From contig CM030337.1 of the NCBI GenBank assembly GCA_017654855.1, positions 2,604,001 through 2,668,000 on the forward strand: a DNA stretch of 64,000 nt, in the 5' to 3' direction. Each line of letters starts with the position of its first letter. Within the stretch, counting starts at the first letter, position 1. The translations under genes and the position numbers were made by a program. Positions 12,314 to 25,726 of this stretch are shown in pieces. This stretch comes from Podospora anserina. Taxonomy: Eukaryota. The notes under the pieces were generated by a model that was not told where the DNA came from, made no database searches, and saw only the letters and a program-made list of their open reading frames with translations.

Positions 12314-15300
12314 TCAAGTATAATACTGCCCCCTCTCCGACGACCCCGAATCCATCATCTCAAAACTCCCACTCCCCGACGTCATCCCCGACGAAATTTC
12401 ACACTCCTCATGCACCACCACCTCCTTCCCATCCTCCTCCTCTTCCCACTCCTCCACCGGCACCCCAACATTAGCCCCCATATCATCCAACCCCCCATCA
12501 AAAAAGTCATGATTCTCCTCCTCCCCCCCACCACCATCACCCCCCAGACCAGCAGCAGTAGGCAACCCCAACGGCGCATCCGGCGTAGGCAACGGCAAAG
12601 ACGTGCCCCCAAAGAAAGGGTGGTCTTGTTGCAAAGGCTTGCTCTGTGTCAAGAACCCCATGGGCGTGTGAACAAAATCCTGACCGTGTCTCCTGACAGC
12701 AAGCCACTCTTGCAAAAACGTCAATGGTCTCGGTGCAAAGCTGTTGGTTTGGGTGTTCCTCAGGGTATGATCCTCATCAGCCGCCCCATCACCTCCATAC
12801 CCCTCATCCTCCCCATCAACAAGACCCAAGCCCTTAACCGTTCCGTCATTGGCGTCCACACCGAGGAACGTACACAGGGCCTCGTATTCCTCCCACTCAA
12901 AATACAGCCTGCCGGCAAGAATCCCAAGCTCCGTCCTCAACCACTGCGGCGCGACCCAACCCTCTGGCAAAGGCGGCATGCTAAAGAAGTTGAGCTTGTT
13001 AAACGGAAGCATACTCCTCGTAACAGGGGAGGCATAGCAAACAAGGTGAACGCATGGGTGCGTCACCTTATCCCGGATCATCTGAATCAGAATCTCAGCC
13101 TCCTCCGGGATCAAAACAATCGCCGTCTGCGTGAATCCGCTCCACAGAACCCAGTTCACCGGACGCAAAAAGGTGTCCTTGGCGAGATCAGTGTGAAGCT
13201 TGACCGTGCGCCCAAACTCGACCGAGACAAACAACCGCGAGGTTTGGTCCTGCGCCCTTATCTTGTGTTTTCGCCCCAGAGCTGTCTTTCTAAGGAGCTC
13301 AAAAACGTGGCAGACAGAGAGGCTTCCAACAGGTATCCTACCAGTCCGGGCAAACGTGTCGACCTCTTTGCTGATGCCGGGAAAAGTGAGAGCATCGTAC
13401 ATGACCGGCCTCTTGACTTGGCGAACAGTCTCAACCTCAAAGGCCACTTCGCGCTCTTGTTCCACCTCTTGCAATGCAGATCCGTGCACCGCTCTGCCGG
13501 TGTCTTGGAACCCCTTGCGGCGGTTGTTGAGCTCTTTCAAAAACCCTGCAACCTTTGGATGTGAGGAGCCCGCCTCAATCGAAAGCTTTGCAGCTTTCAC
13601 CTTGGTCTTGGGCTCATACATCTCCTGCAACGTCTGCAGCTCGTTTTGCTTGATGGCTGCCACGTAGTCCGCCTGCTGGCCTGGATGAGTCAAACAGTCC
13701 GGGTTATCGATCGCTGCCTGTGTTCTTCTGCAGAAATCCATGCCCTGGGAGAAGTACAAAGGCTGCAGCTGCTCAATGCCATCGCAGGTATTGTCGAGAA
13801 GCCAACAAATGACGTCGTGCGAGTCGATCTTGTCAAACACTGACTTTTTCCGAAGGTCCTTGATGACCTGGTTGACCTCTGGAGGGACGAAAAACATGAC
13901 AGACTGGCTCTTCCCCAACTGACGCAGTCGCATGGCAGCTTGAACGGTGTGATCCTTGGATTGCCCTTGACCCACTGTCAAGGCACCACAGGCACCAAGA
14001 GGAAGTTTCAAATCTGTGCCCCTAGTGTGGGCTTCGTCAAGATAGACCAGGCATCTCGACAAGTCGTCCGCATACGGCGAGGCCAAGAGAGGCGTTTTGC
14101 GCCTTTGTTTGTCAATGACCCATGGCTTGTTTGACGAATCGAAATACAATGCAGCACTGCAGCGTCCGTCTATGGACAGCCATGTCTTGGCGAGAGTTTC
14201 ATTATCCATCTCTAGAATTTGTGCGCCGGCATCAATCAGGACCTGTATGTTACGCTCCCTGAGTAGGTAAAGCAGATCGCGCTCCGTTGCTCTCTTCCCG
14301 TACTGGTTGGTAATGACTTGGCACCGCCGGGACCGTTCGTAAAGCAGGTATGTTAGCACTTCGGCGTTGGTATGGGACATTGTGGGAAGATCCGCCTGCT
14401 GAATAGTGAGCGGAAGCATGGTGCGGTTGTCATTGGTGCCGCTGAATCCTGTTGTGAGTGCCTTTGACAGTTTGGCGTCCTTCGTTTCGCTTGAGAAGAG
14501 TGGAATGTCCCAACCACTGGATTGCAGCTTGACCTTGAATTGCTTTGCGTGGCGTGGGAAGACGAAGTTGTTCAGATAGTAGTCAATAACCACAGTCCGG
14601 TATCGGACCGCTCTCCAGATCTCGTGGATTTGGACATTGTCCTCCACATTGATCCCATTCCACGCCTTGAGCGACTCTGGGAAGCTGTCGCAGCTTTGAA
14701 CCCACTTGTCATACTCGGTCGATGGATCATCGGATTTGAGCACGCGAGCAAGTGCTTGTCTAAGCTGCGGTTCCAAGATTCCGTCGTAATAGAAGACGAG
14801 ACAAGTGAACAGAATCGCCACGTCTGGATGGCCCCATTCCGACTGATCACTTGGCACACCCTTGGCATGGAAAGGGACGGCCACCGGATCACGGTTTGGA
14901 TGCAACCCATATTGCACGTTCCATCTCTTCTTCAGGGTCATGATCAGGATCCGGTTCACCAACAAGCCACGGAGGAGATAGACCGTTTTCCCCACCTCGG
15001 GCCTCTCAGGACACAGCTTTCTCACCTTCTCCAACGTGATGGGGCCGAGTCTAGATTTCGTCGGGGACAAAAAGTCGACCACAGCGCGCCGCTCGCCAGC
15101 ATTCAGGTAATGCATGGGGAGGATGTGACCCAGGCCGTTGGTGATGTCGACTGTCAGCCGGCGAAGCAATTCATCCTCGACGTCCTGTCGGAGAAAGTAT
15201 ATCAAAGGAAACCCGCCACCAGGTCTCCTCACCACTTCGAGCGACTTCGGGAAAGAAACCTGCAGACCATAAAGATGTTGGTCAACAAGGCTGAGAAGGG

Positions 15301-18300
15301 CCTGAACAGTGAGCCAGCGATGGGGACGACCATCGACTGACATCTGAGAGCCTGAAGGGTAGATGAGCTGGGTGCGCGTCGCCAGGGTGTAGTCGGATTC
15401 GTCCAGAATGTCTCGAGAGTGTGATTTGATCCAGGCATGAACCTTCATCATCGGTTTCGCTTCATTGATATTGCCATCAAGAAGCCTCTGCTGGCCACTC
15501 AACATGAACGAGAGATTATGCTCAGGCAAACATAGCATGACGCCTGCCGTGTCTCGGCTTTGCTTGTGGATATCAAAGTAGAGCTTGATATTGCCCCCCC
15601 GTGTTGATGTTCGGCGAGAAAAGGGCACATGGCGAACGTGGCGGTTCAGCATCACCCCAAGACGAGATTGAAGCAGCAGTGCCGTTTGGAGCAACAGGGC
15701 CTTCGGTACAATTACCCTCACAAGATTCTTCGTGTCAGCCATGAAGGCTGCGCACATCGGAATGATGCATGATGTCTTGCCTTCCCCCATGTTCATCTGC
15801 AGAACCGAATTGCTCCCGGATTCGGGCGAGATGGTGGCCCGCGCCACATCGATTTGGCCGGGTCGTATCAGGACGTTGGCCTCAATCTCCAAGAGTAACC
15901 AGTCGGGGTGTTGAGCCGGGTCCCAGTTCAGATGACCAGTGTTCGCTTCCTCGTCCTGGTAGCGAGAGATATCACCTGCCATGACACAGTCATTGAGCCG
16001 CATTTCTCGCTGAAGCTTGGTTATGGCAAGTCCGAACTGGATAAGGCCTTGGCGCATGCCTGCCCCGAAGCATGTGCTGCTGGTTGACCGCAACTGTTCG
16101 AGTAAGACTGTGGTGGTGATGGCAGGCCACAGGCCTCCAATCCTCAACCATTCGATTCGGCGGGACGAAACATTGGAAGTCTCTGCAACCAATGACGCCT
16201 TCAACACCTCAAACAGATGGCTGACGTCGCCCTTCGTGCCGCTGTTTGGCCGGATAGCAAGAAATGGCTTCGCAAGTTGGTCCGGGGTTTTGAGACTCCT
16301 GAGGCCCTGTAAACTGCCACTGAGATCCTTAGCATATTTCTTTCGGACCAGTGACTTGCTGTTGCCCAGTGTATCGACAATCTCCCGCAGCTCATCTATG
16401 TATCTCTTGACCTCGTATGCGGACATCTGCGGCTGTGCGTTGCCGACAATGGCTCTGTCGTTGACCTGTCCGGAGGCACGACGCCCATCATTGGGCAAGC
16501 TGGCAAGGGGAGACCACTCAGCGGCAGACCTTGTCGTCGTTGTGGGTTGGGACGAAAGCCGGGGGATGAAATCCTTGCAAAGGAGGTTTACGCTTAGCGT
16601 AGGCACTTCGCCTCCGCGAACCCGACACGATAGGACCTCTTCAGCCGCCGAGACAATCGGAGGGCTATACTCTACATCTTGAAAATGCTCATCCAGTATC
16701 AGCTGCACTTCCTTGAGATGATTCCAAAGCTCTAGGTTCCGGTATAACCGCTGCCACTCTGGAATAACCGCCTGAACTGCGACATCGACATCCAGCAAGA
16801 GATCGCTGGTTGGTAGTTCCGACAGATCTGGCTTCTCAGAGGGCCACTGAGCGAGCATGATCTTGGCAAGTTTGTGGCAGTCACTTTGACTCCGTATCTC
16901 GTGGGCGTCCTTGGCTGCTTGTATCTTCCGCCGCAGCTTCATGGTGAGGAATGCGCCCAGCTTCTCTTTCTCGTCCTCTGGTGGTGGTATCCTGAATGGC
17001 AGTAGTAGCTTGATGACGTCTTCCAATTGAGGCACCGCTGCGGGGCGGAAGTTGAAGTACAGAGGCCAAGGTCTCGGTAGAGGCAGCATTCGAAGGTTTC
17101 TCAAGATAGCAAATGCAACGAGCCCCTTCAGAAGCTTGTCATCCGTAGCCTCGCGAAAGGCCAGATTGGCGAAAAGAAACATGAGGCTGTAGCATGACTG
17201 GTTTGGATTCCGGCAGTACTCCACGAGAGCGCCCCAGTTCTCTTGGATGTCTGTGTACATCCGATCATTGAGGGAAACCTTATCATAAGCCTGGCCAAAC
17301 CCACCCACGACATTTCCCAAGGCAAAAGTAGAAGCCAAGTTGGTCGGAGTTGGGAACTTGACTGGCCGCGTGCGCAAGAGATGGGTTGTTTCCATAACCC
17401 TTCTGTACAGTTTGTCCGAGTTGACACTCTTGTCGCGTGCAATGTACACTCTATCCGTCCTTCCTGAAGTGAGCGCTGTATCGTTACTCTCAGCATTCCT
17501 CTCATACAGCTGCCGACGCGCCAATGACCTTTTGTTAAGCCAATCTTCGCCACCTGCTGGAAGAAGATCAAGTAAGTTGTCTTCATCATCTCGGGGTGGG
17601 TTGAACATCCTCAAATCGTTTGAGATTGATAGAATCTTTTGGACAATCAGTCGATAGAGAGGGTGCTGTATGTGAGTGGTAAGGTGCTCGTCCCAGAAGT
17701 CTGTCTTCATACCCTTGAGGCCCGATGGGTAGTACTCCCTTATGGGGGTAAGACTCGCAATTTGCTGCAGCAACGAAACTTCTCTTCCGAGAACTGTCCA
17801 GGGGCGACAAATTCCTGACTCGAGCCAATGAAGACTTTCTTCGGTTCCAGTGCGGCCAGTCAAAGGGTCTGGTAAAGGAAAAGACGTGAAGGCGTGAATC
17901 AAAGCTTTGGCATACACCAGTACAGGTTCAGCTGCACAGTCGATTCTTCCCAAAGTGTCATTGATGTCGAACTTCCCGTATTGGCCGCTCCGCCCAACGG
18001 CAAGTTCAACATGACAGCCTGATCTTCTGAACCGAAAGCCGCCCGAGGGCAGTGGTACAAGAATGGTCCGACGAAAAGGATTGTGTACTTTTCGACAGAC
18101 CAGTTTATGTTCAAGGCCGTACCAAGTGCCAGCGTCTTGCAGTGGGTCGATTTCGAGTCCAAGCTGTGGTGAAAATAGGAGGGAGTTGTGGTTGACAAAG
18201 AACAACAGTTCCAGACTGTGAACCCGAACTTCGAGTGACCCGTAAGACTTTTTCTGCGTAACGAGAATGTGCTGCCTCTGCGCGAGGCCTTGAACGATGT

Positions 18301-21300
18301 TGGCAATTCTCTGGAAAAGGGGAGACATAGGATTCACCATGCTCACCACCTCCCCGTCATGCTGTCGTCGCTGAGCGTAGCCTCTGTGTATGTCCACTTC
18401 CCAATTCGAATAGTGGCCGAAATTCCACTTGTTGTGGGATGGCGTGATATAGAGGCGGCCTGTCTTCAAATTCCTAATCCTTAAGTTAGCCTTGCGGCGG
18501 TCTCGCTATCAAGATAGAAGAACATACAGCCAGTGAAAGTGTTCCCATATCAAGGGACTGGGAAGATCGTGAAGATCTTTTCGACAAAAGCGCTCTCGAG
18601 GAATTAGACGAACAAGCATGTGCTCGTATTTCGCTAGCACAACCGTCTGGCCCTTTTCGGATCCGATATGCACGGTCACACGCTTCGGTGTATACTTGAG
18701 AGCTGATGGTTTAGCAGAGTTAGCCATCACAGTCACATGGGGTCGGATGTTCAGTTACGTACTGTACGTCATCGATGGAAGCGATGATTGGTACACCATC
18801 AGGGGCTGGTCGCCAAACAATTCTTTCACCACAACCTCGTTTCGGGTATCCTGGGGAAGCCTCTGTTTTCCAGTTAGCTTCATCTGCGATCAGAATGTGC
18901 GGACGTTCAACTTACTCCAACAGGTTTGCCATTGACGAGAAGTGTCCCGAGAAGAATGTTCAAATGCACGGCTTGATGTCGCTCAACATCCGTTTCAGGG
19001 AGCTCGCACCGAATCCAACCCCGACCTTCAACTTCCACAGTGGTAGTAATGGGGTCCAGGCGCTCAGCATCAGGCCAAAATTGTTTCAAGGCATTATAGA
19101 GTCCTTCGGGGTGCTGGTTTATCGACTGGATGAGAAGATTTTGAAGCTGATATGACAGCTTTGTTGCGAACACGAGATCACGGAGGGTGGTCTGGGAAAG
19201 TGAGTCGACATCACTCGTCATGTTTTCCTGGATCGCAACAGTGGACTCGATATATGCTTCCAAGGAAAGAGGATCAAGAGGTGTTGTTTGTTCCAGGTTG
19301 ATCATGAATGTACGTCGACAGAGTAAAGCAGCGCCCAGTGCGCGCTCCTGTAATTGCTGCGCCGTGGATATATCTGCGCAGCTTTGAACTTCCTCGCGAA
19401 GCATCCTGAGCCAGCTAATGCATGTCCTGCGAGCTTGAATCACCGACTCGAGGGCTTGAAAATGAAGTTGGGCCAGCCCTGCACTGCTGGCCAACTCCTG
19501 TATGCGCAAGGTAAGCACAATCGTGATTCTCATGAGGTGCGTTTCTCTCCAACTGGCCAAGGCTGACAGGGTGGTAAGACGGGTGTTGACCTGCTCTAGA
19601 AGCTTCTGCACAAAATGAGCATCGCGAAATACCGAGTGCACAAGGCGAAGAGGATCGTCCTTGTCAGAGCTGGGACCGCACTGGAGTGCTAGATGTAGCA
19701 GCAATGACATGGTGCCTTCGCTGGACCAGTTCAAGTTTGTCGAGGCCAATTCCGTCAAGATCGAAAGCCATCTTCGCGCTGCCCCCGATACGAGACTTTT
19801 CAGGGCCAGGAACTCGTGAGGGTTCAGCCCAGAAGGGCAGTTGGGCTGTGTAGCCATGATCTCGTACGAACTCGGGCCTTGCCCCTCAACGGCGAAGCTT
19901 TTATGGCTCAATATGGGGCGGAGAGGAGACTTTTCCGGCAGCTTCAGCTGAACATGATGGGCAAAGCTTGGAGTCATGAATGCCCTACCTGTCCACATAG
20001 TTGTATCGCCGTCGATGTAAGCGTATGCAAGTCTCAGCCCGTTGGGTTTGCACAGCCCGTCTCGTCCACCTTCCCACTCGACGGGAAATCTGACAATGGA
20101 GTAGTGGGTTTGCAAGACTTGGGTACGTTAGCAGGTATCACAAAGACAAAAAAAAGGCCGAGGAAAAACATACATGATTTTGTCAAAGATGCCAGAGTGA
20201 ACTTGGGATAGATGTTTGCGACGGTGTTGAGTTGAGAGTAGCCATTCAGCAGGCATTTTGGAGCCACACCCACAGCAACCTCCGGGCTTGCAAGCTTGGA
20301 TATAAGCATCAACGTTGTGTCGCGATACTTCGCGAAGGCTGGGGGGCACCGGAGCTCAAACACTGCGGCTTTGGCAAGGTGAATATCAGAGGGGAGAGAT
20401 TCCTCGTAGATCTGGATCCGTATCTTCTCCAGCTTGTGCATTGCTCGACACCGCGGGCAGTGATGGTCATCGTGGAAGCTACGTCCAAGGGGGTCGTCGT
20501 CGTCCACGATGAGGATGCATGAGCTTCCATCTATTCATAGATTAGTTGCCATGTTGCGTGTATGTCCAAGTGGGAAAGGCTTTACATACCAACCTGCCGA
20601 GTCAGGCTCTGGAACTCCTCAGTCTTCTTTTCCCACTCTTTGCGTTTCAATTCTTTCCTCAAAACATCTGCATGGGTGATATCTGCATACGAGTTACGCA
20701 TGGCAACAGAGTCGGGATGCATGCCGTCGAAATATCTCGCTGCAAAACAGCTGGCAGAAGGATCATCGAATATGGTGCATCTGGGAAGAGAACTTGCGTG
20801 GATTCTTTGTGAAATATGCTTCTGGACGGCTTGCAGGCGGACCATATCTTTGTAGGTGGCCAAATGCAAGACATTGAGCGACTCGGGTGTGAAGACAGGA
20901 TGGTAGTCTGTCAAAAGCGGGAACTGGAAGCAGGTCGTTTGGTCAAGTCTCATCCACATTTCCATTGCATTGAGAATGAGGATACTGAGTTGCTCGGGAT
21001 TGCCGTGGAATAGGGGAAGTGCGGTCTGGAGATAGGTTATCAACGACTCATTTGGCGGGCAATCTTGAAGAAGCATCTCTTGCTGGGTAACGTGGAATAA
21101 GGGCTGCGCAAATTCGCTCAGATGCTTGTTCGTAACAGAACCCAGATCAAAGTGTTCCGGGGCCACCCATCTGCGGCAATGTCCCCTCGTCGTCTTTCCC
21201 CAGCTCGTCTGTAGGTCCCGCAACATGTTGCCGCTGAGTTCCAATGGTAGGTTCAGGTCGGCGGGGCTGGCCCTCTTTGGCAACTCGGGAATGGGCCTTG

Positions 21301-22378
21301 CATGGGCCTTTTTGAACGCCTCCCACTCGGTAGCCACGCGCCTGGTGGCATCATCAATGATCTTGTTGATTCCTGGAGTGAGCTTGCCGAAAAGGATGTC
21401 AATATCTGGCAGGGTGCCTGCAGATTTCACATTGCCCCTATCCACATCCAGCTTCACTAGCCGACGGCAGAGCTTGGTTTTGAGAAAGTGAACCTGATCA
21501 GCTTGCAGCGATGCCTGTGCCGATTCCAGGAAGGTGGCCAAGGTGTTGCAAATGAAGAATTTGTACTGGAAACGGCCCATCTCTGCCCCCAAAACGAGCG
21601 AAAGATATCGAGCGATGGAGACTCTGAGGACGAGCCAGTATGGGAGCCGGCGCCAGGGCTTGCGCGCTTGATGCCAAGAGATGTCGTCACGAACTCGCTT
21701 GCGGAGAAGAGGTGTCGAGATTCGGCGGCCATTCTCTTCCAGGATGGCCATCAACATGGAGCTGATCATGGTTGGACTCGACGTGTCTCGATACTCGTGG
21801 ATGTCAGCTCCTGCTTTGAAGGTATGAGCAGCAAACATCTTTGTCGACTCGAGAGATGCTTGCTCCAAAAAGGTCGCCAGGCTGCCCTGAAATGCTCCAT
21901 CTTCAAAGGTCACCAGCGGGATGGCAACGGCGCTTCCTGGAAAGTCCCACTGCAAGGCGTTCTCGGCGGCGAGGACATCGTCATTTCTTGGAGAGGTTTC
22001 GAAGACTTCAAAGACAACCTCGTCGCGGACTCCGAGTCGGTGGACCAAAAGAGCGGCATTTTGACTGCTGATGTGAAGGATCACGGCATTTCCTTGGGCT
22101 AGATGACGAAACTCCGACAGCAGAGTCGTTCTGTTGACTCGTCCGTTCCGATTAACAGTCTTGGACGATTCGAGGCACAAGCGAATATACTCCCAGGCCT
22201 TGGAAATCGCGGATGGGTGAGCGCCAGGTTGGTACGGCTGTCGAAACGCTTGGCACATAATGCGCACATTGCTGATCAAGTGATCGGTCAACTGAATTTC
22301 AAGATCACTCAGATTGCCATCTTCAGACGGCGGAACGCGCAGCGGTAACGCTAGGTGGTTGTATAGTGCGATCTCCAT
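12314..22378 (-). CDS. Very large DUF6606/DUF3638/DUF3645-type protein with a P-loop NTPase core, often auto-annotated 'ubiquitinyl hydrolase 1' (6 exons, ~3200 aa)
   Basis: Starts MEIALYNHLALP at 22378. Family motifs: QNAALL...FEVFETSP; LRKRVRDD...PWRRLPYW; LHAFTS-like IHAFTSFPLPDPLTGRTGTEE; HPDWLLLEIE; QMNMGEGKTSCIIP; LKKRWNVQYG; AVPFHAKGVPSDQSEWGHPDV; EEQEREV-like EVEQEREV. Five GT-AG introns lie near 20531-20590, 20118-20174, 18850-18915, 18705-18765 and 18475-18525. Confidence 0.9.
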
Positions 22379-22448
22379 GATGGACTCGCGACTTGATTGG
22401 ACAACTGTTGTTGGTTGACCATGCGGATTTGGTGTAAAGGGTAGTTCA

Positions 22449-22498
22449 GAAAAAAGCTTCGTGAAAGAGAGAGAAAAGCTTCGTGAAAGAGAGAGAGA
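22449..22498. repeat. Short tandem duplication (AAAAGCTTCGTGAAAGAGAGAG x2) in a purine-rich tract
   Basis: Directly visible duplicated unit upstream of the DUF3638 start codon. Confidence 0.7.
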
Positions 22499-23223
22499 AG
22501 AAAGAAAGGAAAGGAAGAAAGCGAGCGACAGACAGACAAAATTGGCTGCCTTGCAAACGGAGTTCGGTCGTGGATTGTAGTCGTGAAGTTTCAAATCGGG
22601 ATTTGGCTGGAGAGGACACTAACAGGCACCAAAGCTCAGCGCCAGCGTGGAGCAGGCTATACCCTAACCCTGCTGTTACCAACACAAGTGTAATTAACCT
22701 CAGACAGTGAGGCCTACAGTCGGGTTGAAGTCGCGGCCCAAAGTCTTCCAGATTGTCCTTTATGGAAGCTGCGTTTGTCCTCTGTGGCAAGATTGGGAAA
22801 AAACCAAAATCCATTGGCTGGGACGCTGCATGTCCAACAGCCTGAGGTCCGCCACTGCCACCGTTCCGGCCACTTTTGACACCCATCTCTGCCAGCTGGA
22901 GGGCTGCAGCCTCGAGCTGCCAGTCTGCCACCAAAACGATCATTTCTTCTTGACCCAGCCTTGAATGAGCGATCAACTCGTGGCGATTTGTCATTGGGGA
23001 GACTTGCATCCTATCGCTGTTGCGCGACTGTGGCGCACAATGCAGAGCTAACATGAGCAGGTTCTTGTTCAATCACATTCTGAGAGCTGACATCCATATG
23101 CGGCCTCTGAGTTGATAAATCACGCATTTGCTGCTGTTATCTGGATATATAACTCGTCTACTTCTGACTGGTAAGTAAGGTAACTTACATCTCCCCAAAC
23201 TCTTCTCCCTTCCACTCCTGTCA

Positions 23224-24072
23224 ATGGAGCACTCGGATCACCCCCATGACCTAGACGGGTCTTCGTATGACTATGGGTTTCTGTACAGTCATGAAACTTC
23301 CATGATGGAACGACCGCCATCGAGTACGATCCCGACAGCCTTTTCAGTCTCGGATTGGCCAGCTCCTGATCTCAGTATCTCCAGTCTGCCCAGCTACGAA
23401 GTTGTTGAGGACATACATTACACTGAACTGTCACCGGAAGCTGGTTACTATCTTCCTTACTCACAATTGACAGGCGATCTGCCCTTTGGCCAGTATTATG
23501 ACTTCGGTGATCCCATCCCAGGTAACAGCACCCGACAACCCCTCAATGACGATGCAGTGGACTTAGCGGCTTCACAACTTGGACATCTCCCAATCTCGCC
23601 GGTGTCGCAGGATGCATCCAGCTATCAGAACCTACCCGGCCCAACCACGAAGCAAACCTACGAATGCCTTGCGCCGGGATGCAGCCAAAAGTCATTCAGC
23701 CGCTCAGCCGATCTTGACCGACACTACAAGCAGGTGCACATTCCCGAAGACGAGAAAAGAAAGTACCGCTGCGACTACAAGAAATGCCTTCGCCACGAAG
23801 CACCCTTCGGTCGTCTAGACCACCTTAAGGAGCATCTCCGTGACTTCCACAAGGAAGATCTCATATCGCGACCCAAAAGACAGGATGCACAGTGGTGGGA
23901 AAGCCGCGCACCACGTGCAGTTTTCAACGGATGGTGGCGCTGTAATAGATGTCTGGTGGTGCGCGTTGACATTGAGACCGACGGTTACACCTGCCCAGCC
24001 TGTGGCGATCCTTGCGAGAGTGATAGAGTCAGGGTTCGAGAAGCCGCAGCTGGGATGTCTCAACCAAGATAG
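23224..24072 (+). CDS. C2H2 zinc-finger protein (282 aa)
   Basis: YECLAPGCSQKSFSRSADLDRHYKQVH and YRCDYKKCLRHEAPFGRLDHLKEHLRDFH, plus a C-terminal WWRCNRC...CPACGDPCE Cys4 ribbon. Confidence 0.9.
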   Translation: MEHSDHPHDLDGSSYDYGFLYSHETSMMERPPSSTIPTAFSVSDWPAPDLSISSLPSYEVVEDIHYTELSPEAGYYLPYSQLTGDLPFGQYYDFGDPIPGNSTRQPLNDDAVDLAASQLGHLPISPVSQDASSYQNLPGPTTKQTYECLAPGCSQKSFSRSADLDRHYKQVHIPEDEKRKYRCDYKKCLRHEAPFGRLDHLKEHLRDFHKEDLISRPKRQDAQWWESRAPRAVFNGWWRCNRCLVVRVDIETDGYTCPACGDPCESDRVRVREAAAGMSQPR

Positions 24073-24628
24073 AAATTGACGGCGACAGGGTAGTAGCATG
24101 GGTTCAAGGGCCTTATGTGGAGGAATGATTCTTTATATGACTGCACTCAATATCTCTTTAGTACTTACCTATCTTACCAACCTACCTGCTAGTTTTATGA
24201 CTCATAAAGTTTGAATCAATATATTCATGCCTCAATTTCCAAGTTTTCCATCATCTCCACCTTGATGAAGTACCAGAAAGAAAAGTTAGGTAGCACGCTC
24301 CTGTCTTGGCACCACAACCTTTGTTGCATGTAAACAACCAACAAAGGGGCAAAAAAGGGGCTCATGGCAACCAGATGTAACCCTAAACCCAACACATGTC
24401 GCCTCGATCCTTTGTCTAAAGCATCACCATTCACAACATACGAAAAAAAGCAAAACGTGCCCTTCGTGTACTATTAATACTACTCTACCGAAAAAAGCAC
24501 CATAACCAATCATCCCCCACGACGAATAAAAGCATCAACCAGCCAAGGATACCAACGCCACCATCCCTTCCCCAACCCTCTCCCCCACGCCCCCTTTCAC
24601 AACCACTAACCAACAACTTCCCCCCCCA

Positions 24629-25237
24629 TCAAACAGTAACATTACCCCCATACCACCCCCTCACATTCCCCCTCGGCCAAAAATCACAATAAAACCACCA
24701 CTCCTGATCCGGATTCCCCACGCACCTCCCCCCGCTAAAAGCACACCCAACCCTCTCCGTAGCCTTCCAAACCGTCTGCGTAAAGTGCGCTCCCCCCAGC
24801 AAGTCCCCAGCAACGTAAGCATCAATCTCCTCCTGCGAGTTCCAGGCCTCAAACGCCCAGCCTATCTCCGCCGTAAAATCAGGTTGGTGCGTAGGCGGGT
24901 AGTACCATGACCAGTAGGCGTTTTCGCCGTATGGGCCCTAGAACAGAGAATTAGACATTGACCAGGAAAGGGGGGGAGAGAGAACAAAAAAAAGTACGGC
25001 ATGGTTAAGCTGGCATCCATTCGCCTTTTGCAACGCAAAAGCGGCGAGGTTCGCGTCCCAGGTCAGCGGGCGGGCGGCGTGGGCGGAGCGGTAGGCGTTG
25101 GCTGTGGCGAGGATGGTCGAGATGAAGGAGGGGTTGGTCGGGGGTGGGGAGGACTGTCGGGGAAGGACTTGACCACCCGGGGAAGGGGAGGAGGTGGTGG
25201 CTGTGATGAGGAGGGGAAGGAGGGAGAAAAAGTACAT
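24629..25237 (-). CDS. Secreted CAP/SCP/PR-1 family protein (2 exons)
   Basis: Signal peptide MYFFSLLPLLITATTS, then NAYRSAHAARPLTWDANLA. Intron 24938-24997. Exon 2 reads GPYGENAYW...HFTQTVWKATERVGCA...YCDFWPRGNV, with the stop at 24629-24631. Confidence 0.9.
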
Positions 25238-25726
25238 TTTTGAGGAAGGATCAAACTGGCTAGGCAAGCAGCTGGAAATGAATTCTGGGCAGAGGTTGGC
25301 GTTTTTTTACGAGACTCGGGAGGATGCTGAAGGCGATATATGACCGAAAAAAAAAAGACAACGACATATGGTTTTGGCCGTTGCGCTGGGTGCTGCGGCT
25401 AACATTCCAGTCAGGATGAGGTTGGGCGCTGGGTTGAGACATCGATCTCATGGGCGTTTCGTCATTTGTGAGACAGCTCTCGGGTGGGTCGCGAGCAATT
25501 CTGGGAAGGAGCATAGAAGTGGGTGTAGGGTATTTAGAATGTGAGGTCAAGTGATGTGATGGTGTAGTAAGAACATGCAAGATTAGTGAATAGTAAGGAA
25601 TGCTATGACAGCGACATGTTCCCGTCTCCGAGAGTGCCGGCTACCTGATGAGAGATATACGCATGGAAGCGCATACTTTGCAAGTCATGTATAGGTACAG
25701 AACTAGTGAACATGCGAACACCTTCT

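Noticed and set aside
12410-13564. 384-aa plus-strand ORF
   Set aside because: Antisense shadow of the DUF3638 gene.
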